A DNA stretch of 64,000 nt, taken from the NCBI GenBank assembly GCA_903885595.1, contig CAISJJ010000068.1:10671-74670 (forward strand). Direction: 5' to 3'. The translations under genes and the position numbers were made by a program. This stretch comes from an uncultured Bacteroidales bacterium (GTDB lineage: Bacteria; Bacteroidota; Bacteroidia; Bacteroidales; FEN-979). This document shows, piece after piece, positions 61,076 through 64,000 of the stretch. The notes beneath the pieces are model-generated. The model searched no databases, was not told where the DNA came from, and saw nothing but the letters and a program-made list of their open reading frames with translations. How positions within the stretch are numbered: the first letter of the stretch is position 1; each line of letters opens with the position of its first letter.

Positions 61076-62011
61076 TCAGCGTTTATTCGATGTTTTAAAT
61101 AAAAACTCTTTTTCCTCCTTCGTCAGGCTATCATAGCCACCCTTGGAGATTTTTTCAAGTATATCATCGACTTTTTTCTGTTTTTCCCTTTTTTTCCGGT
61201 TGTATTCTTCATCTGATACAGGCTTTGAATAGTCGGGAGGCGTTTGCCAGGGCTGTTGTTTTTTTTGAAATTTGTCTTTTAAATTACTAAAAAATGCAGA
61301 AGAGTTACCTGTATCATATGAATTTTTTTTCAGATGAAAAACCTGACTAAGGATTACGCCAAGCAATGCTCCTCCAATATGGGCAAGGTGTCCGCCTGCA
61401 TTGCCCGATGGAATCATAAAGAAGTCAAATACAAACAAAATGATGGCGAGGTAAAGAATTTTTATCTTCCCAAAAAGGAAAAGCTGTATTGTATAATTGG
61501 GAACATAAAATGAAATGGCCGTAACGATGGCCATAACGGATGCAGATGCGCCCAGGGCATATGAAACCGGAACAACTTCGGTGAAAACAGGAAACACATT
61601 GAAGGCAAATACATATACCAGGGCCCCGGCCAGTCCACCCAGGATATAAACAAAAACCAATTGTTTTGATGACAAAAATTCAAGGAAAATTCTTCCAAAC
61701 CAATAGAGCCATATCATATTGAACAACAGGTGCCAGATATCGATATGAAGAAACATGTATGTGAAAAGAGTCCATGGCGAGGAAACCAATGCCGGAATGA
61801 ATGCCGGAATGGCCAACACATGCAACACGATGGTGTTGGCAGCAGTTCCGTCGGGATTATTATAAATAAACAGGACCACCTTTAGTGACTGGATTAATAT
61901 CCATACGATAATATTAATCAGGATCAGCATTGACAGGCTGGATCCCTGTTTGAAAAATCTCCTGAACTCATCAAGAGGATTTGATGGTTGTTGATAGGCG
62001 TAGTTCATCAT
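61076..62011 (-). CDS. rhomboid-family intramembrane serine protease with a Lys/Glu-rich C-terminal tail
   Basis: 311 aa. Contains HLLFNM, the GASASVMA (GxSx) catalytic Ser context and the AHIGGALLG catalytic His context. Confidence 0.8.
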   Translation of the reverse strand: MMNYAYQQPSNPLDEFRRFFKQGSSLSMLILINIIVWILIQSLKVVLFIYNNPDGTAANTIVLHVLAIPAFIPALVSSPWTLFTYMFLHIDIWHLLFNMIWLYWFGRIFLEFLSSKQLVFVYILGGLAGALVYVFAFNVFPVFTEVVPVSYALGASASVMAIVTAISFYVPNYTIQLFLFGKIKILYLAIILFVFDFFMIPSGNAGGHLAHIGGALLGVILSQVFHLKKNSYDTGNSSAFFSNLKDKFQKKQQPWQTPPDYSKPVSDEEYNRKKREKQKKVDDILEKISKGGYDSLTKEEKEFLFKTSNKR

Positions 62012-62844
62012 GATGAATAGAATCCGGATTTTTTCTTCCAGTAAATTATTAAAAAGAAACCAAAGATCATGCCTCCCAGATGGGCAAAATGGGCGACGTT
62101 ATCGCTTGGATTGTTTGATATTCCGGAGAATAGTTCAATGGCGCCGTAAAGGATTACGATCCATTTGGCTTTAATCGGGAAAAGAAAATATATGTAAACC
62201 AGCATATTAGGGAACATCATTCCGAAGGCAAGCAGGATCCCGTATACTGCTCCGGAAGCGCCGACTGTTGGGATATCCATTTGTAATTTTATCAGCTGGC
62301 TGGCATATTCAAGTGACTGGGGGATATATTCCGGGCTGTTCCGGGCAAGAGACCACTCGTTTATAAAGTTCCTGATTGTGCCTTCAGCCTCATAGTGGCG
62401 CGGAAAATTATGCCTTACAAATGCAACAAAGCCATCCAATGTCGGATTGGCTGCATAGGTTTGGGCGGCAGCCTGGATTGATGAAAAATCCAGCCAATGT
62501 ACAAAGGTTTGCACGATTGCAGCGCCAATTCCGGTAATCATATAGTATGTAAGAAAGCGTTTCGGTCCCCAGACATTCTCAAGTAAATATCCGAACATCC
62601 AGAGTGCAAACATGTTAAAAAGTACATGCGAGAAATTCGCATGTACAAACATGTAGGTGACAAACTGGTAAGGGCGGAACAGGTCAGACTGAAAATAATG
62701 GAGACCCAAAATATTATCCAGTTCAATCCCAAAAGCTGAGTTTAACGAAAGTGTTGCCAGAAAGAATAATCCGTTGATTATCAATAGATTTTTTACAACT
62801 GGAGGAAGCAGGCTGAAACCGGCCGGGCTATATTGCTGAGACAT
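62008..62844 (-). CDS. rhomboid-family intramembrane serine protease
   Basis: 278 aa. Contains HVLFNM, GASGAVYG and AHLGGMIFG. It overlaps the downstream rhomboid by ATGA. Confidence 0.85.
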   Translation of the reverse strand: MSQQYSPAGFSLLPPVVKNLLIINGLFFLATLSLNSAFGIELDNILGLHYFQSDLFRPYQFVTYMFVHANFSHVLFNMFALWMFGYLLENVWGPKRFLTYYMITGIGAAIVQTFVHWLDFSSIQAAAQTYAANPTLDGFVAFVRHNFPRHYEAEGTIRNFINEWSLARNSPEYIPQSLEYASQLIKLQMDIPTVGASGAVYGILLAFGMMFPNMLVYIYFLFPIKAKWIVILYGAIELFSGISNNPSDNVAHFAHLGGMIFGFFLIIYWKKKSGFYSS

Positions 62845-62859
62845 ATTGTGGATTGGTCA

Positions 62860-64000
62860 TTAAATTTTAAATTTCCTGTTAAGTTCTTCAAATGTAAGCA
62901 TTACCATGGTAGGTTTTCCGTCGGGTGAGATTTCGGGCATATTACAGGCGAAAAGATCTTTAATGATGGTCTCTAACTCCTCTTTGTGCAGCCGTTTTCC
63001 TCTTTTAACAGACAGTTTTTTTGCCATTGCTTTGGCAAGCAATTGACCTTGCGCCAATTTACTATCCCTTCCGGGTGATTTTAGTGATTCCAGCACCGAC
63101 TCGATAAAGGAGCCTATATTTGCAGTATCAATGTTTCCGGGAATAGCTTGTATTACGAAGGATCCTTTACCGAAATCATTTATTTCAAATCCGAGTTCAG
63201 TGAAATATTCCTTCCATTCCATAAAAAACTGGGCATTGTCGGGACTCAATGTTATGGTTTGCGGAATCAGCTGGCGCTGGCCTGACTTGTCATACTGGCT
63301 ATCCTGGTAGAGTATCCGTTCATAGAGGATACGTTCGTGTGCCAGTTGCTGATCGATGATGGTAATACCGGCTTTTGTATGAGTCGTTATGAAGGAATTG
63401 TTTACCTGGAAACTACCTTGCCGGTCGGCAAAGGCCTCGTCGGCAAGCAGGTCATGAGAAACTACCTGAGTCTCCAGTGGAGGATCAGATTCACCTTTTT
63501 CGGAGAACGGTGGGATAATGGCATACAGATCGTTCCATCCCCGGACAGATTGGGATTGACTTGGAGAAAATGTGAACCTGGACTGTGGTTCGGTTCGTTT
63601 TTCAAAAGGATTGTAATGTGGGTTGATCGTGATGGTTGGTTGTTTGACAGGTTGATTTTCATTAAAGGGTGGAAAGGTCATGCTTTGTTCCACCTCAAAA
63701 TCGAGGGTGGGGGAGATATTGAATTTTCCGATTGATTGTTTGACGGCTGCATGCAGAATGGCGTAAATGCTTTTAATGTCCTGGAAGTTTATCTCTGTTT
63801 TTGTCGGATGAATATTAACATCTATCGTTTGAGGGTCCACTTCCATATAAATAAAATAGGAGGGTATTGAATCATCAGGAATCAGTTCTTTGAAAGCGTT
63901 TTCAACTGCATGGTGCAGGTATGGACTTTTCATGAACCTTCCGTTCGTAAAGAAATACTGTTCTCCCCTGGTTTTTTTTGCAAATTCCGGTTTCCCGAGG
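62860..64000 (-). CDS. mutL: DNA mismatch repair protein MutL, C-terminal about 380 aa; the gene continues past the window end
   Basis: IDVNIHPTKTEINF is the MutL transducer motif, and the C-terminal dimerisation domain contains QLAHERILYE and CNMP...PDGKPT. The reading frame stays open upstream of the track ATG (…FFTNGRFMKSPY…) to position 64000. Confidence 0.9.
   Translation of the reverse strand, partial: LGKPEFAKKTRGEQYFFTNGRFMKSPYLHHAVENAFKELIPDDSIPSYFIYMEVDPQTIDVNIHPTKTEINFQDIKSIYAILHAAVKQSIGKFNISPTLDFEVEQSMTFPPFNENQPVKQPTITINPHYNPFEKRTEPQSRFTFSPSQSQSVRGWNDLYAIIPPFSEKGESDPPLETQVVSHDLLADEAFADRQGSFQVNNSFITTHTKAGITIIDQQLAHERILYERILYQDSQYDKSGQRQLIPQTITLSPDNAQFFMEWKEYFTELGFEINDFGKGSFVIQAIPGNIDTANIGSFIESVLESLKSPGRDSKLAQGQLLAKAMAKKLSVKRGKRLHKEELETIIKDLFACNMPEISPDGKPTMVMLTFEELNRKFKI

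Overview
This 64-kb chromosomal segment looks like a Bacteroidota genome. The evidence is several T9SS C-terminal sorting domains, a PorP/SprF gene, and TAnnTTTG-type -7 promoter boxes 20-35 nt upstream of several starts. No rRNA, tRNA, CRISPR array, transposase or integrase was recognised. Layout: (i) 1-23.3 kb is housekeeping: pyrBI, argS, ffh, folD, queE, the thrS-infC-rpmI-rplT operon, ndk, nrnA, two FKBP isomerases, an OmpA/TPR/PD40 protein, a T9SS-secreted S8 peptidase and an XRE-type HTH regulator. (ii) 23.4-28.9 kb is a three-gene T9SS cargo operon: a type-B CTD protein, a PorP/SprF-like protein and a 1191-aa type-A CTD protein with 154-aa tandem modules. (iii) 28.9-57.8 kb is a very large surface-glycan locus and the most interesting part of the window. 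It has two convergent blocks that meet stop-to-stop at 33362/33363. The minus block is about 24 kb and 21 tightly packed genes. It holds Wzx, a Wzy-like protein, a PCP/Wzc-like protein with an inserted LysM domain, a half-size TolC-like protein where a Wza would be expected, three PgaC/NodC-sized multi-TM GT2 synthase-like enzymes, several paralogue pairs, three methyltransferases and a T9SS-sorted beta-helix protein. It also carries its own signalling set: a CheY-like receiver, a pseudo-receiver (Asp to Glu) fused to the priming sugar-phosphate transferase, and two sensor-less hybrid histidine kinases. The plus block holds a GT and a PKS-free FkbH / ACP / MaoC-SDR acyl-unit cassette. (iv) 57.9-64 kb holds uvrB, an EEP-family protein, two tandem rhomboids and the 3' part of mutL. 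Smaller oddities: 7- and 8-nt tandem repeats (one inside a signal-peptide coding region), a G9 tract inside a T9SS cargo gene, and an array of TTAC-N4-GTAA palindromes in front of the HTH regulator. All functional calls come from reading the translated ORFs for family motifs by eye. No database search was possible.
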